Notes: generated by a model from the letters alone, not told the origin. 64,000 nucleotides of DNA from Planctomycetota bacterium (GCA_965248575.1 CBDFJQ010000002.1:5120001-5184000); one strand, 5' to 3'; shown: positions 19,695-30,279, counted from the stretch's first letter. Numbers and translations: made by a program.

Positions 19695-21575
19695 TCACCC
19701 CTGGGCTGCGTCCGCCTCGTCATTGGGGTCTTCTTGGGAGCGGTCCCGCGGTTCGGGAGCCGACGAGTCCTGGGGAGGCGAGAAGGACACGATGGTGTCG
19801 CCCGGCTGGCCTTCGACGGGGAAGCGCGGTCCGTGCAAGGCCAGCTTGCCGTTCGCCCGGATGCACAGCACGACTTCTGCGCCCTCCGCCGCGTTCTCTC
19901 GCCAGTCGTCGAGGCCGTATTCGTCTGTCAGCTTGGTGGAGCGGAAGGTCCAACCGTCCCAGGCGCGCTTGTGTAGCTCATCGAAGTCCGCTTCATCTGA
20001 AATGAGGACTCGTCCGCGAGCCGTGGCGGCGACGCTGGATCGTTGATCGGGGCCGATCTCGTCCGCGGCGAGCTGATAGACCCGGTCCCGTCCCAGCTCC
20101 GGGCCGAAGTGAACGCAGACCAAGGCGTTGTAGGCGTCGTTGTTGGTGAGCGCCAGGACGCCGTCCACCTCGTTGAGGGGGAGCGAGATCTCGCCCGACT
20201 CGCTAAGGACCTCGCCGTAGTGACAAGGCACGCCGGCGAGGCGTGGGCGCCGCAGCCGTGTCCAGGAGCTGTCGACCAGGATCACGGGCACCTCGAGCTT
20301 GTTCAGAGCCTCGGCGAGTGCGCTGCCCCAACGTGTGGCGCCCACGATCAACAGCCCCTGCTGGTTGCCGGCCGAGAGGCCCAGCTTGCGCGCCAGCGAA
20401 GGCAGGCTGAAGCCGTGCAAGACCACCGTCAGCACGATCGTGGCGAACACCAGGGGCACCAGCAGCGCGCCGTCCGGGTAGCCGGCTTCAACAAGGCGCG
20501 GTCCAAAGACGCCGGCCACAGCGGCCGCCACCACACCGCGAGGTGCGATCCATGAGAGCAGCATCCGCTCATTGCGCTCCATGCCGGCGCCGATGGTCGA
20601 CAGCAGGATGGCGGCCGGGCGCACGACGAACAGCACGCAGGCCAGCAGTGCCACGGCGCGCCCATCCAGGGCAGCCAAGGTGTCGGTGTCCATGTCAGCG
20701 GACACCACGAGAAACACGCCCGACACCAACACCGTGCTGATGGAGTCCTTGAAGCGCGTCAGTTCGGCAATGCTGGCCAAGCCCGAGTTGCCGACGACGA
20801 AGCCCATGACGGTCACCGCGAGCAGGCCGGCCTCGTCGTGCACAGCATTGGCGAGGGCGAACACACCGAAGACAGCTGCCACGAGCGCGGGAGCTTTCTG
20901 GAACTCCGGTACGTGTCCGTGGCGGAAGGCCTTGCTCAGCGCCAAGCCGCCCAAGGCTCCCAGCCCGCCTCCGGCCAGGAGCGCGAGCCCCAGCCGCAAC
21001 GCGATGTCCCCGAAGGACGGCGTGACGTGACCTGCTGCAGCAGAGGCGCTGGCTTCGATGACCTCGAAGGACAGCACCACACACAGGGCGGCGAGAGGGT
21101 CGTTGACGATGCCTTCCCACTTGAACAAGGATGCCAGGCGCCGGTTGAGCCGGGCATGACGCAACAAGGGGATGATCACGGTGGGGCCCGTCACCACCAG
21201 GATGGCGCCGAAGATGGTGGACACGGCGAGGGACAACCCGCCCACCCAGCAGGCGGCGGCTGTTCCGATCCCCCAGCTCAGCAGCAGGCCCAGGGTGCAG
21301 AGGCGTCGTACGCTGCGTCCCGCTTCATCGAGGTCGTGCAACTTCAGACGCAGGCCACCTTCGAACAAGATGATGGCCACGGCGAAGCTGACGAACGGCT
21401 GCAGCAGGGGGCCGAAGTCTTCACTGGGGTTCAGCCAACCCAGGCCCGGGCCGATGGCGAGACCCATGCCGGTCAGCAGCACGATGGCGGGGATCCGGAG
21501 GCGCCAACCCACCCATTGAGCCAGCATGCCCAGCACAGCAACGAGGGTGATGGCTTGGACCGCTTGTCCGTGCAC
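19695..21575 (-). CDS. NhaP-type cation:proton antiporter (CPA1) with RCK/TrkA-N-like tail
   Basis: AIILFEGGL, VVTGPTV, WEGIVNDP, PRGVVAA; C-terminal GLLIVGA..LALTNNDAYN. Confidence 0.9.
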   Translation of the reverse strand: MHGQAVQAITLVAVLGMLAQWVGWRLRIPAIVLLTGMGLAIGPGLGWLNPSEDFGPLLQPFVSFAVAIILFEGGLRLKLHDLDEAGRSVRRLCTLGLLLSWGIGTAAACWVGGLSLAVSTIFGAILVVTGPTVIIPLLRHARLNRRLASLFKWEGIVNDPLAALCVVLSFEVIEASASAAAGHVTPSFGDIALRLGLALLAGGGLGALGGLALSKAFRHGHVPEFQKAPALVAAVFGVFALANAVHDEAGLLAVTVMGFVVGNSGLASIAELTRFKDSISTVLVSGVFLVVSADMDTDTLAALDGRAVALLACVLFVVRPAAILLSTIGAGMERNERMLLSWIAPRGVVAAAVAGVFGPRLVEAGYPDGALLVPLVFATIVLTVVLHGFSLPSLARKLGLSAGNQQGLLIVGATRWGSALAEALNKLEVPVILVDSSWTRLRRPRLAGVPCHYGEVLSESGEISLPLNEVDGVLALTNNDAYNALVCVHFGPELGRDRVYQLAADEIGPDQRSSVAATARGRVLISDEADFDELHKRAWDGWTFRSTKLTDEYGLDDWRENAAEGAEVVLCIRANGKLALHGPRFPVEGQPGDTIVSFSPPQDSSAPEPRDRSQEDPNDEADAAQG

Positions 21576-21779
21576 GCTGAGGCATCTCCTGGGGCTGCAT
21601 CGAGGGCTGCTTCGGGACAGCAGACCGTACCTTGCCGTCGGCGCAGGATCCTAGCAGGGTGCCCGTTGGGCGCTCGTTCCACCCGGAAGGCCCTGTGCGC
21701 GTGGAGCTCGTGTCCGCTCCGAGGTTCCATACGCAGATGCAGGGGCTAGGCTGTTCGTTGAACCTGCGGAGGTGGTGCC

Positions 21780-24700
21780 ATTCAGACGTCGGACACGGGG
21801 GAGCGGAGCCGGCTGAGGGCGCTGCTCTCGACCCAGTTCCTGGGGGCGTTCAACGACAACGCGTGGAAGCTGTTCGTGATCGTCCTCGCGGGCCGCGGGT
21901 TGAGCAGCTTCCAGGGCGACGAGGCACAGCTCCTCAGCCAACGCCAGACCATGTTGGCCTTCGTGGTCTTCATCGTGCCCTTGATGGTCTGTTCGCTACC
22001 AGCTAGCGCCCTGGCGGACCGGGTAAGCAAGCGCAGCATCATCTTGGGTGCCAAGCTGCTCGAGCTGTTGCTGATGCTCATCGGCACCGCGGTCTTGGCG
22101 TGGGGCGCCGAGCCTCTGCTAGGGGCGTACTTCGTGCTCGGTTTCATGGGTCTGCAGAGCGCCTTCTTCGGTCCGGCAAAGTACGGCATCCTGCCCGAGC
22201 TCGTCCCCCACGAACGCTTGTCAGCAGCCAATGGGGCGCTGGAGAGTTCCACCTTCATGGCCATCATTGCGGGGACGGCCCTGGGTGCTCCGCTCATGTC
22301 CGGTGTGGGGCAGCCGTGGTTGGCGGGGGCAGTGCTCTCCGGGCTTTCGCTGATGGGCTTGCTGTTCGCGCGCGGGATCCCGCGCGTGCCCGCGGCCAGG
22401 CCGCAGGCCGTGAGTGTGCGCGAGACGGTGGCGGGTGCCTGGGGCTCCATGCGCGCAGACCGTCAGCTCTGGTTGGCAGTGGTGGGCGCGACCTGGTTCT
22501 GGGCCGTGGCCAGCGCCCTGGGTCAGAACATGATGGTCTACGCCCGCACCGTGCTGCTACTTCCCGAGTCCGCCATCGGAGTCCCCTTCCTGCTGTTCGG
22601 CATCGGTGTGGCGGGCGGCAGCTTGTTGGCAGGTCGCTTCTCCGAGTCCAAGGTCGAGGCGGGGTTGATTCCCCTTGGGGCCCTGGGATTGGGGCTCTTC
22701 ATCCTGCTGTTGGGCGCGCTGGCGCCAGGCCTGGTGCTGACCCTCGTGCTCATGGCGTTGATCGGTGTGTCGAGTGGCTTCCTGATCGTGCCGCTCGACG
22801 CCCTCATCCAGTGGCGCTCTCCCGCGCATCAGCGGGGCGCCATCATCGCGCTCATGAACGTGTTCGTCTCCGGCGGCATGCTGCTCGGTTCCCTGGGCGG
22901 TTGGCAGCTGGCGGAGCAGGACTTCTCCTCCCGCGGCATCATGCTGGGTGCCTCGCTGGTGACCTTGGTCGGGACGGCCTGGGCCCTGCGCCTGATGCCA
23001 GAGGCCCTGGTGCGGTTGGTGGCTTTCGTCTTCACCCACCTGGTCTATCGGGTACGGGTGGAAGGCCTGGAGCACGTGCCGCGCCGAGGCGGCGTGCTGC
23101 TCACGCCAAACCATGTGTCCTTCGTGGATGGCTTCTTCCTGATGGCCACGCTGGATCGTCGCGTGCGTTTCATCATCGCCCAGAGCCAGTACGACCGCCC
23201 GTTCGTGAAGCCCATCATGAAGGTTTTGGGGGCCATCCCCATCGCGTCCGATGGGGGCACCCGGGCCGTGTTGGGGGCGCTGCGCAAGGCGGGGGACGCC
23301 CTGGATGAAGGGCGCGTCGTGTGCATCTTTCCGGAGGGAGCGATCACCCGGACCGGGGCCTTGCAGCCGTTTAGACGGGGCATGGAGCGCATCGCCAAGG
23401 GGCGTCAGGTACCTGTGGTGCCCGTCCATCTGGATCGACTCTGGGGCAGCATCTTCAGTTTCTCTGGCGGGCGCTTCGTGAAGAAGTTGCCCAAACAGTT
23501 GCCCTACCCCGTCTCCGTGACCTACGGCGAGCCGCTGCACTCGGACACGCCCTTGACGGCCGTTCGGGATGCGGTGGCGACCCTGGGTGAGCGGGCGTGG
23601 TTTGCGCGCAAGGACGATCGCGCCCCGCTGCACCGCCCGTTCCTGAGTCTCGCCCGTCGCAAGCCCTGGGCCTTCTGTCTGGGCGATGCCTCGGACACCC
23701 GCACCTCGCGCCTCAAGGCTGCGGCGGGTGCAGTGGCCCTGGCCCGAGCGCTGCGCGGGGCGTGGGCAGGCCAGAGCCACGTCGGCATCCTGTTGCCGTC
23801 GACCGTGGGCGGGGCCCTCGCCAACGTGGCGGCTTCCGTGAGCGGTCGCACGAGCGTCAATCTCAACTTCACGACGGGGCCAGCCGGCTTGCAATCTGCG
23901 GCGAAGCAGGCCCAGCTGCGCACCGTCCTCACCAGCCGCGTGTTCTTGGAGAAGGCCCAGGTGGCGCTGCCCGAAGGGTTGGAGCCGCTGTGGATCGAAG
24001 ATGTGGTGGCGGCATTGGGCGTGGGCTCCCGGCTCGCGGCGGCCTTCGCCGTGCTGGCATTGCCCGCGCGCGTGCTGGAGCGTGCGTGCGGCGCTGCGAA
24101 GCCCGTCGAGATGGATGACGTCGCCACCGTCCTGTTCAGCAGCGGCAGCACCGGCGAGCCCAAGGGCGTGATGCTGACCCACTTCAACGTGGACAGCAAC
24201 GTGGACGCGGTGGCGCAGGTCTTTCGCCTGGAGGCCCAGGACCGGCTCTTGGGCATCCTGCCCCTGTTCCACTCCTTCGGTTTCATGTCGCTTTGGTTTG
24301 CCGTCAACAATGGGGTGCCGGTGGTTTTCCACCCCAACCCCTTGGACGCGGCTGCGGTGGGTGGTCTGGTGCATCGCGACCGACTCACCCTGTTGCTGGC
24401 GACGCCCACTTTCCTGCAGATGTATGTCCGCCGCTGCCGCCCCCATGAATTCGGGTCCTTGCGGCTCGTCTTGACGGGTGCGGAGAAGCTCAACGACAGT
24501 CTGGCGACCGCCTTCGAGGAGCGCTTCGGCATCCGTCCGCTGGAGGGCTATGGTGCGACGGAGTGCAGCCCCGTCATCGCCACGAGCATTCCGTCCTTCC
24601 GGGCTCCGGGCTTCTTTCAGCCGGGCTCGCGACGCGGCGCCGTGGGGCCGCCTTTGCCGGGCGTGGCACTGCGCATCGTGGATCCGGAGACGCGCGAGCC

Positions 24701-25193
24701 GGTGGGCGTGGGTCAGCCGGGCCTGCTGCTCGTGCGGGGCCCGAACGTCATGAAGGGCTATCTCGGGCGAGAGGATCTCACGGCCAAGGCCCTGCGAGAC
24801 GGTTGGTATGAGACCGGCGATCTGGCCTTGCAGGAGGCCGACGGATTCCTGCGCATCACGGATCGCCTCTCCCGTTTCTCCAAGATTGGTGGTGAGATGG
24901 TGCCCCACGGCCGTGTGGAAGAAGCCCTGCACGAGGCCGCTCAGGGTGACGGTAGGTTGTTCGCCGTGACGGCCCTGCCCGACGAACGCAAAGGAGAACG
25001 CTTGGCCGTCTTGACCACTCTCGATCAGCAGCACCTCCCGGCGGTTCTGGAGCGTCTCTCCAGCATGGGCCTACCGAACCTCTTCATTCCGCGCCTGGAC
25101 AGCTTCGTGAAGGTAGACGAGATTCCGATCCTGGGGACCGGCAAGACGGACCTGGCGCGGGTCAAGGCATGCGCCGCGGAGTCCCTGGCATGA
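21780..25193 (+). CDS. aas: Lysophospholipid MFS transporter-acyltransferase-acyl-ACP synthetase fusion (LplT-Aas)
   Basis: TQFLGAFNDN and FFGPAKYGILPE (MFS); NHVSFVD and FPEG (PlsC); FSSGSTGEPKG, EGYGATE, WYETGD, RFSKIGGEMV (AMP-binding). First canonical start is 21876; ATT 21780 is proposed (see findings). Confidence 0.9.
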   Translation: MQTSDTGERSRLRALLSTQFLGAFNDNAWKLFVIVLAGRGLSSFQGDEAQLLSQRQTMLAFVVFIVPLMVCSLPASALADRVSKRSIILGAKLLELLLMLIGTAVLAWGAEPLLGAYFVLGFMGLQSAFFGPAKYGILPELVPHERLSAANGALESSTFMAIIAGTALGAPLMSGVGQPWLAGAVLSGLSLMGLLFARGIPRVPAARPQAVSVRETVAGAWGSMRADRQLWLAVVGATWFWAVASALGQNMMVYARTVLLLPESAIGVPFLLFGIGVAGGSLLAGRFSESKVEAGLIPLGALGLGLFILLLGALAPGLVLTLVLMALIGVSSGFLIVPLDALIQWRSPAHQRGAIIALMNVFVSGGMLLGSLGGWQLAEQDFSSRGIMLGASLVTLVGTAWALRLMPEALVRLVAFVFTHLVYRVRVEGLEHVPRRGGVLLTPNHVSFVDGFFLMATLDRRVRFIIAQSQYDRPFVKPIMKVLGAIPIASDGGTRAVLGALRKAGDALDEGRVVCIFPEGAITRTGALQPFRRGMERIAKGRQVPVVPVHLDRLWGSIFSFSGGRFVKKLPKQLPYPVSVTYGEPLHSDTPLTAVRDAVATLGERAWFARKDDRAPLHRPFLSLARRKPWAFCLGDASDTRTSRLKAAAGAVALARALRGAWAGQSHVGILLPSTVGGALANVAASVSGRTSVNLNFTTGPAGLQSAAKQAQLRTVLTSRVFLEKAQVALPEGLEPLWIEDVVAALGVGSRLAAAFAVLALPARVLERACGAAKPVEMDDVATVLFSSGSTGEPKGVMLTHFNVDSNVDAVAQVFRLEAQDRLLGILPLFHSFGFMSLWFAVNNGVPVVFHPNPLDAAAVGGLVHRDRLTLLLATPTFLQMYVRRCRPHEFGSLRLVLTGAEKLNDSLATAFEERFGIRPLEGYGATECSPVIATSIPSFRAPGFFQPGSRRGAVGPPLPGVALRIVDPETREPVGVGQPGLLLVRGPNVMKGYLGREDLTAKALRDGWYETGDLALQEADGFLRITDRLSRFSKIGGEMVPHGRVEEALHEAAQGDGRLFAVTALPDERKGERLAVLTTLDQQHLPAVLERLSSMGLPNLFIPRLDSFVKVDEIPILGTGKTDLARVKACAAESLA

Positions 25194-26581
25194 GACGCCT
25201 TCCGGCTCGGACGGGCCCGGCACTGGGCGCGCTGCTTTGCGTGACGCTTGTCTTCGTGACCCAGTGTGCCGAGCCCGAGCGTGCTCCCTCCTTTCTCGTG
25301 GTCTCCATGGACACGACCCGGGCCGACCACCTCGGTGTCTATGGCTACCAACGGGACACCACTCCGCATCTCGATGCGCTGGCAGCCAGGGGCCTGGTGT
25401 TCGACCAGATGATCTCCGTTTCGGAGAACACGCTCATCTCCCACGCATCGATGTTCACGGGCCTGGTGCCCGCGGCGCACGGCGCGACGCACGTCGGCGA
25501 CGGGCAATCCCTGCCGCCGGCCGCCGTGACCATCGCTCAGGACTTCCAACACGCCGGCTATCAGACGGCGGGTTTCGTGGCCCATGGCGACTGGCTCAAC
25601 GCAGCCTTCGGCATGGATCGCGGCTTCGAGACGTTCAGCAGCGCGTATCGGGACGCAGACTCCGTGCTGGCTGAAGCGGCGGCCTGGCTCGAGGCTCGGG
25701 ATCGGGACCGCCCTTTCCTGCTGTTCGTACATCTCTTCGACGTTCACTCGGACGCGGGTCCCCGGCCCTACGAGGCCCCCGCGGGATTCGAAGGACGCTA
25801 CACATCCGGCTACAAGGGGCCCTGGCAGGACTGGGACAAGCAACGGGTGCAGGGAAGCGCGTTCCTGAATGCCGTGAGTGAGGGACACGTGGAACTCCAG
25901 CCTGCCGACCTCGCCCATATGGTCGATCAGTACGACGAAGGGCTCGCGGCGACGGATGCGGCACTCGGTGCCTTCATGGACGGTCCGGCACGGGAGGCCC
26001 TGGACCAAGCCTTCGTCCTCGTCAGTGCCGACCACGGGGAGGAGCTCGGGGACCACGGGCGCATGTTGCACGGCTCGTTCTACGACGAGGTCGTACGCAT
26101 TCCCGGAATTCTGGCGGCCCCGCGCCGACGCCCCGACAGCCTCGGCCCACCGCGCGTGGTGACGGAGCAGGTCCGGCTGATCGACGTGCGCCCGACGCTC
26201 CTGGCCCTGGCGGAGCTGCCTCGACCCGCACGCTGCCAGGGGGTTTCCTTGGCCTCCTGGCTTCGGGGGGCACGCACCAACTGCCCGTCCGGGCCTGCGG
26301 CCGTCTATCACCAGGTCTTGAGAATGGGCGGCTTCAAGCTGCTGAGGGACCGCAACGGGTCGCGGCTCTACAATCTGGAACTGGACCCAGGCGAGCGCAG
26401 CGACCTGTCAGGGGACCCGGCCCACAAGCAGCGTTTCCAGACCATGGTCGCGGAGTTGAACGAGATGCGCGCTCGGGACACTGCCTTGGGCGAGGAGCTG
26501 CAAAGCTTGGGCGAGTCCCATGTCCCGGGTGAGGAGGCCGCGGCGACGGAGGCCTTGAGGGCCATCGGCTACACCCGCTGA
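25190..26581 (+). CDS. Sulfatase-like alkaline-phosphatase-superfamily enzyme (Thr at the nucleophile position)
   Basis: MDTTRADHL, NTLISHASMFTG, ADHGEE, LYNLELDPGE, LRAIGY; ATGA overlap with the aas stop. Confidence 0.85.
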   Translation: MRRLPARTGPALGALLCVTLVFVTQCAEPERAPSFLVVSMDTTRADHLGVYGYQRDTTPHLDALAARGLVFDQMISVSENTLISHASMFTGLVPAAHGATHVGDGQSLPPAAVTIAQDFQHAGYQTAGFVAHGDWLNAAFGMDRGFETFSSAYRDADSVLAEAAAWLEARDRDRPFLLFVHLFDVHSDAGPRPYEAPAGFEGRYTSGYKGPWQDWDKQRVQGSAFLNAVSEGHVELQPADLAHMVDQYDEGLAATDAALGAFMDGPAREALDQAFVLVSADHGEELGDHGRMLHGSFYDEVVRIPGILAAPRRRPDSLGPPRVVTEQVRLIDVRPTLLALAELPRPARCQGVSLASWLRGARTNCPSGPAAVYHQVLRMGGFKLLRDRNGSRLYNLELDPGERSDLSGDPAHKQRFQTMVAELNEMRARDTALGEELQSLGESHVPGEEAAATEALRAIGYTR

Positions 26582-26616
26582 CCGGTCGCGGCTGGCCCCG
26601 TCTGAACCGGTGTTGT

Positions 26617-26638
26617 CTCAGCCCCGCCTCGGGCTGAG
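26617..26638. other. 8-bp GC-rich hairpin after the sulfatase-like gene
   Basis: CTCAGCCC-cgcctc-GGGCTGAG; no U-tract. Confidence 0.4.
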
Positions 26639-26793
26639 GATCTGGTAGATTTGAGCCGTTCTCGGGGCGCCGCACATAAGGCGTCCCGTTGGGCCGGGCG
26701 GCGGGCCAGGGTTCGGATCGGGATCCGGGCCGGGGCAACGCGTCGCCAGCACACCGCACTCCGTCCCCTTGCACACTTTCTGAAGAGATCCCC

Positions 26794-27825
26794 ATGCCTC
26801 TCGTCCCGATGCGCACGCTCCTCGATCACGCCGCCGAGAACAACTACGGCGTGGCCGCCTTCAACGTCAACAACATGGAGCAGATCCAGGCCATCATGAC
26901 GGCTGCGGATGAGACGGAGAGCCCCGTGATCGTGCAGGCTTCCCGCGGCGCCCGTTCCTACAGCGATGACAACTACCTGCGTCACCTGATGCTCGCGGCG
27001 ATCGAGCTCAACCCCAAGTTGCCCATCGCCATGCACCAGGACCATGGCAATTCGCCGGCCACCTGCATGAGCGCCATCAACATGGGATTCACCTCCGTGA
27101 TGATGGACGGCTCCCTGGAAGAGGACGGCAAGACGCCAGCCTCCTGGGACTACAACGTGAAGGTCACACGTGAAGTCGTAAACGCAGCGCACGCCAAGGG
27201 CGTCACGGTGGAAGCCGAGCTTGGTTGCCTTGGCGGCATCGAGGATGGGCATGGCGCGGGCCTGACGGGCGAAGAGGCAATGGCCCACCTGACGGACCCC
27301 GAAGAGGCGGGGCAGTTCGTGAAGGAAACGGGTTGCGATGCCTTGGCCGTCGCCATCGGCACGAGCCACGGCGCCTACAAGTTCACGAAGAAGCCGAGTG
27401 GCAAGGTCCTGCGCATGGACGTGATCAAAGAGATCCACAAGCGCATGCCTGACTGCCACATCGTGATGCACGGCAGCTCCTCGGTGCCGCGCGAGCTGAT
27501 CGACATCATCAATCAGTACGGTGGCGAGATCCCCGAGACCTACGGTGTGCCTGTCGAGGACATCCAGGAGGGGATCCAGCACGGCGTGCGCAAGATCAAC
27601 GTCGACACGGACAACCGCCTGGCCATGACGGGTGCGGTGCGCAAGGCTCTGATGGAGAAGCCCGTCGAGTTCGATCTGCGCTACTACCTGAAGCCGGCCC
27701 GCGCGGCCATGGTCGAGGTGGTGCGTGCGCGCATGAAGTCTTTCGGCCAAGCGGGGCACGCCGGAGCCATCAAGATGCAGACCCTGGACGAGATGAAGGG
27801 CATCTACGACCTCGCGACGGCTTGA
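26794..27825 (+). CDS. fba: Fructose-bisphosphate aldolase class II
   Basis: [50 protein letters not shown]. Confidence 0.96.
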   Translation: MPLVPMRTLLDHAAENNYGVAAFNVNNMEQIQAIMTAADETESPVIVQASRGARSYSDDNYLRHLMLAAIELNPKLPIAMHQDHGNSPATCMSAINMGFTSVMMDGSLEEDGKTPASWDYNVKVTREVVNAAHAKGVTVEAELGCLGGIEDGHGAGLTGEEAMAHLTDPEEAGQFVKETGCDALAVAIGTSHGAYKFTKKPSGKVLRMDVIKEIHKRMPDCHIVMHGSSSVPRELIDIINQYGGEIPETYGVPVEDIQEGIQHGVRKINVDTDNRLAMTGAVRKALMEKPVEFDLRYYLKPARAAMVEVVRARMKSFGQAGHAGAIKMQTLDEMKGIYDLATA

Positions 27826-27861
27826 TGGGCCGGTCGTTGCAGCGGCCTGCTCGAAGGATGG

Positions 27862-30279
27862 TCATTCGTGGAGCACGAAGTCCGCTGCGGTCGTCGCCAC
27901 GCCCGTCTCGATGCTCTCGATCGTGAGGATCACGTTCCCGTTGGCGTCGTCCGAGCCCACCATTCGGTGGGGGATGCGCAGGCCGTGCACCTCGCGGAAG
28001 TCCTCGAAGGTGCTGCTGTAGGGGATGCTCACGCCCAGGCCGGGGGCGGTCTTCTGGCCCTCCAGCTTGAGCAGATCGCCGGTCTCAGCGTCCACGTAGA
28101 GAGCCATCGTCGGCAGCTCGTCGGCGAGTAGTTTCAGCTTCAGGACCTGGCGGTCGCCCAGCTTCTCCCGGCCCGTGATGTGATAGGAATCGCCGTACCC
28201 GCTCCAGTCGCTGAACGTCATGAGAGGGTTCTCCTGCCGCGCCTGCTTCAGGCTGACGCCCGCCAGGGAGATGAACGCACTCATGCTGGCACGCTTGGTG
28301 CCCACGCCGTCGCCGTAGGCTTCTTCGATGTGGCCGAAGGGGCCGAAATCCACGTCGAGCAGGTAGCGCTCGGGGCCATCGATGGTCCATTGGAGGCGAC
28401 CTGTCACTCCCGATTGGGCCATCCGAATTGTACCCGTTAGCTGCACAGCGCCCTGGTCGCGCAAGGCTTTGACTGCTGCGTTGCGGGACTCGAAGGCACA
28501 CAACTGTCGAACAGCTTCCTGGTCCGGGAGCTCTGCCAGCGCAGCAGCGACTCGCGTGCAGACACGCTGTGTTTCCCGCTCGTGGAGGGTGAAGGAGCTT
28601 GCGTTACTGCCGTCCTCCTGATGGAACTCCAGCCCGAGGCCAGGCACGGCCCGGAACCACCAGATGCCCTCCTCGTCTGGTGCCCTGAGCCGAAAGACCA
28701 TCTGTCCGGGAATGTCCACCGCAAGGCGGTTGTTGACGATCTCCACCTCCAGCTCGGCGCCGAGGGCGGGGTCGTCGTAGCGCCCGAGCAGTGTTGCCAC
28801 CTCGTCCAGATCGAACTCGAGCGGAAACTCGTAGCCCTCGCGGGGGTTTTCGAAGGACGCTCCCCCTTGATGCATCGTGAGTGACTGAACCCTGCCGGAC
28901 TCATCGCGCGAGAAGGTCGCGGCGATGGTGTTGGTCAGGGTGAAGTACCAGCGACCCTCCTCGTCGGGGTCGACCAACTCGAACAAGGACTGGCCCGGGA
29001 TGTTGATGGCGAGCTTGCCAGCCGCATTGACCTGAACCGTGAACTCGGCCTTGTTGAAGTGGGCGTAGTCGGCGATGAAGGTGCCGACAAAGTCTTCATA
29101 GTCCATGCTCACTGCGTCGCCGGACCCGGCCTCAGCCGGCTCCTGCTCGTTGCCCAGGACGGCTGACCAGACCATGTTGCGAACACCCGCCTGCAGCGAC
29201 GTCGCGGTCACATTGGTGAGCAGCACCAACCCGAGATTCTCTTCAGGCATGAGGGCCACGGCCGCACCGAAGCCGTCGATGTTGCCGCCGTGTTCCACCA
29301 CCTTGTGGCCTTCCCACTCACTCAACATCCAGCCCAGGCCGTAGTGGGTGTCGCCGCTGACGCGAATCTGCGGGCTGCGCATCTCGGCGATCTGGTCCGA
29401 GGCGATCAGGCGCGTCTCTGCGAATTGGCCGTCGGCGAGTTGCAGCCGCAGCCATTGGCTCATGTCCAGGACATGGGAGTTGATGGCGCCCGCCGGCGCG
29501 ATGGTGTCGAGCACCCGCATGGGGAGCTGGAGATAGTCTTCTGCGTCAGCGTCCCATTGGTAACCCAGGGAAAGGCGCGGGTCCTTCTGGGCCTCCTCGA
29601 CGGAGCTGTTGGAGCTGCTCATGCCGAGCGGGTCGAGCAGGCGTGCCTTCAGCAGGCTGTCGTAGTCGGTGTCAGCCGCCTTCGCAGCGGCTTCACCTGC
29701 TGCGAGGAACATGACGTTGTTGTAGTGGAAGTTCTTGCGGAAGTCGTCCCAGGGTTCGGCACCGGCAGCGACCTCGAGGATCTGGTCCCGGGAGGCCTCG
29801 CCACCGGCCCAGAGGATGCTCATGCGCGTGAAGCCAGTACGGTGGCAGACGAGGTCGCGCAGGGTGACTTCTTCGCCCTCATCAGCGCCCTCCAATGCGA
29901 GCTTGAAGCCGGGTAGGTACTTGGTGACGGGGTCATCCCAGGCCATGCGCCCTTCGCTGACGAGCATCGAGATGAGCGCAGTGGTGAAGGCCTTCGTCGA
30001 GGATCCGATGGCGAAGAGCGTCTCGGGGGTGACCGCAGCGCCTGTCTCGATGTTGGTCTCACCAAACCCCTTTGCGAGCAGGATCTCGTCGTCCTTCACG
30101 ATGGCGAGCGCCATGCCCGGGATGTGAAGTTCCACCCGTTGGGCTTCGAGTTGCTCAACCAAACTGTCGAGGCGAGCCTGCAAGGCCTCATCGACAGGTT
30201 GTGCCGACTGGGCAGCGAATGCGGGGCTGAACAGCTGGGTCAGGATCAGGGCGGCGGTGAAGGTCTGGCGGAACAGCAT
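27862..30279 (-). CDS. Secreted serine hydrolase (beta-lactamase/AmpC-like) with two DUF3471-like domains and an extra C-terminal domain
   Basis: GSSTK (SxxK), YNN, HGG; duplicated RLAVDIPGQ/KLAINIPGQ modules; signal peptide from ATG 30279. Confidence 0.88.
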   Translation of the reverse strand: MLFRQTFTAALILTQLFSPAFAAQSAQPVDEALQARLDSLVEQLEAQRVELHIPGMALAIVKDDEILLAKGFGETNIETGAAVTPETLFAIGSSTKAFTTALISMLVSEGRMAWDDPVTKYLPGFKLALEGADEGEEVTLRDLVCHRTGFTRMSILWAGGEASRDQILEVAAGAEPWDDFRKNFHYNNVMFLAAGEAAAKAADTDYDSLLKARLLDPLGMSSSNSSVEEAQKDPRLSLGYQWDADAEDYLQLPMRVLDTIAPAGAINSHVLDMSQWLRLQLADGQFAETRLIASDQIAEMRSPQIRVSGDTHYGLGWMLSEWEGHKVVEHGGNIDGFGAAVALMPEENLGLVLLTNVTATSLQAGVRNMVWSAVLGNEQEPAEAGSGDAVSMDYEDFVGTFIADYAHFNKAEFTVQVNAAGKLAINIPGQSLFELVDPDEEGRWYFTLTNTIAATFSRDESGRVQSLTMHQGGASFENPREGYEFPLEFDLDEVATLLGRYDDPALGAELEVEIVNNRLAVDIPGQMVFRLRAPDEEGIWWFRAVPGLGLEFHQEDGSNASSFTLHERETQRVCTRVAAALAELPDQEAVRQLCAFESRNAAVKALRDQGAVQLTGTIRMAQSGVTGRLQWTIDGPERYLLDVDFGPFGHIEEAYGDGVGTKRASMSAFISLAGVSLKQARQENPLMTFSDWSGYGDSYHITGREKLGDRQVLKLKLLADELPTMALYVDAETGDLLKLEGQKTAPGLGVSIPYSSTFEDFREVHGLRIPHRMVGSDDANGNVILTIESIETGVATTAADFVLHE

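Noticed and set aside
22557..25034. 825-aa antisense ORF, and similar ones at 34490-37087, 61745-63676 and 51701-53068
   Set aside because: They lie opposite well-supported genes and show no motifs; long shadow ORFs are expected at this GC and codon bias.
26794..27825. Aldolase similar to the Calvin-cycle subtype as evidence for carbon fixation
   Set aside because: No RuBisCO or phosphoribulokinase in the window; this subtype is common in heterotrophs.
27862..30279. Antibiotic-resistance beta-lactamase
   Set aside because: The HGG triad and multidomain architecture fit peptidase/esterase-type members; no mobile context.
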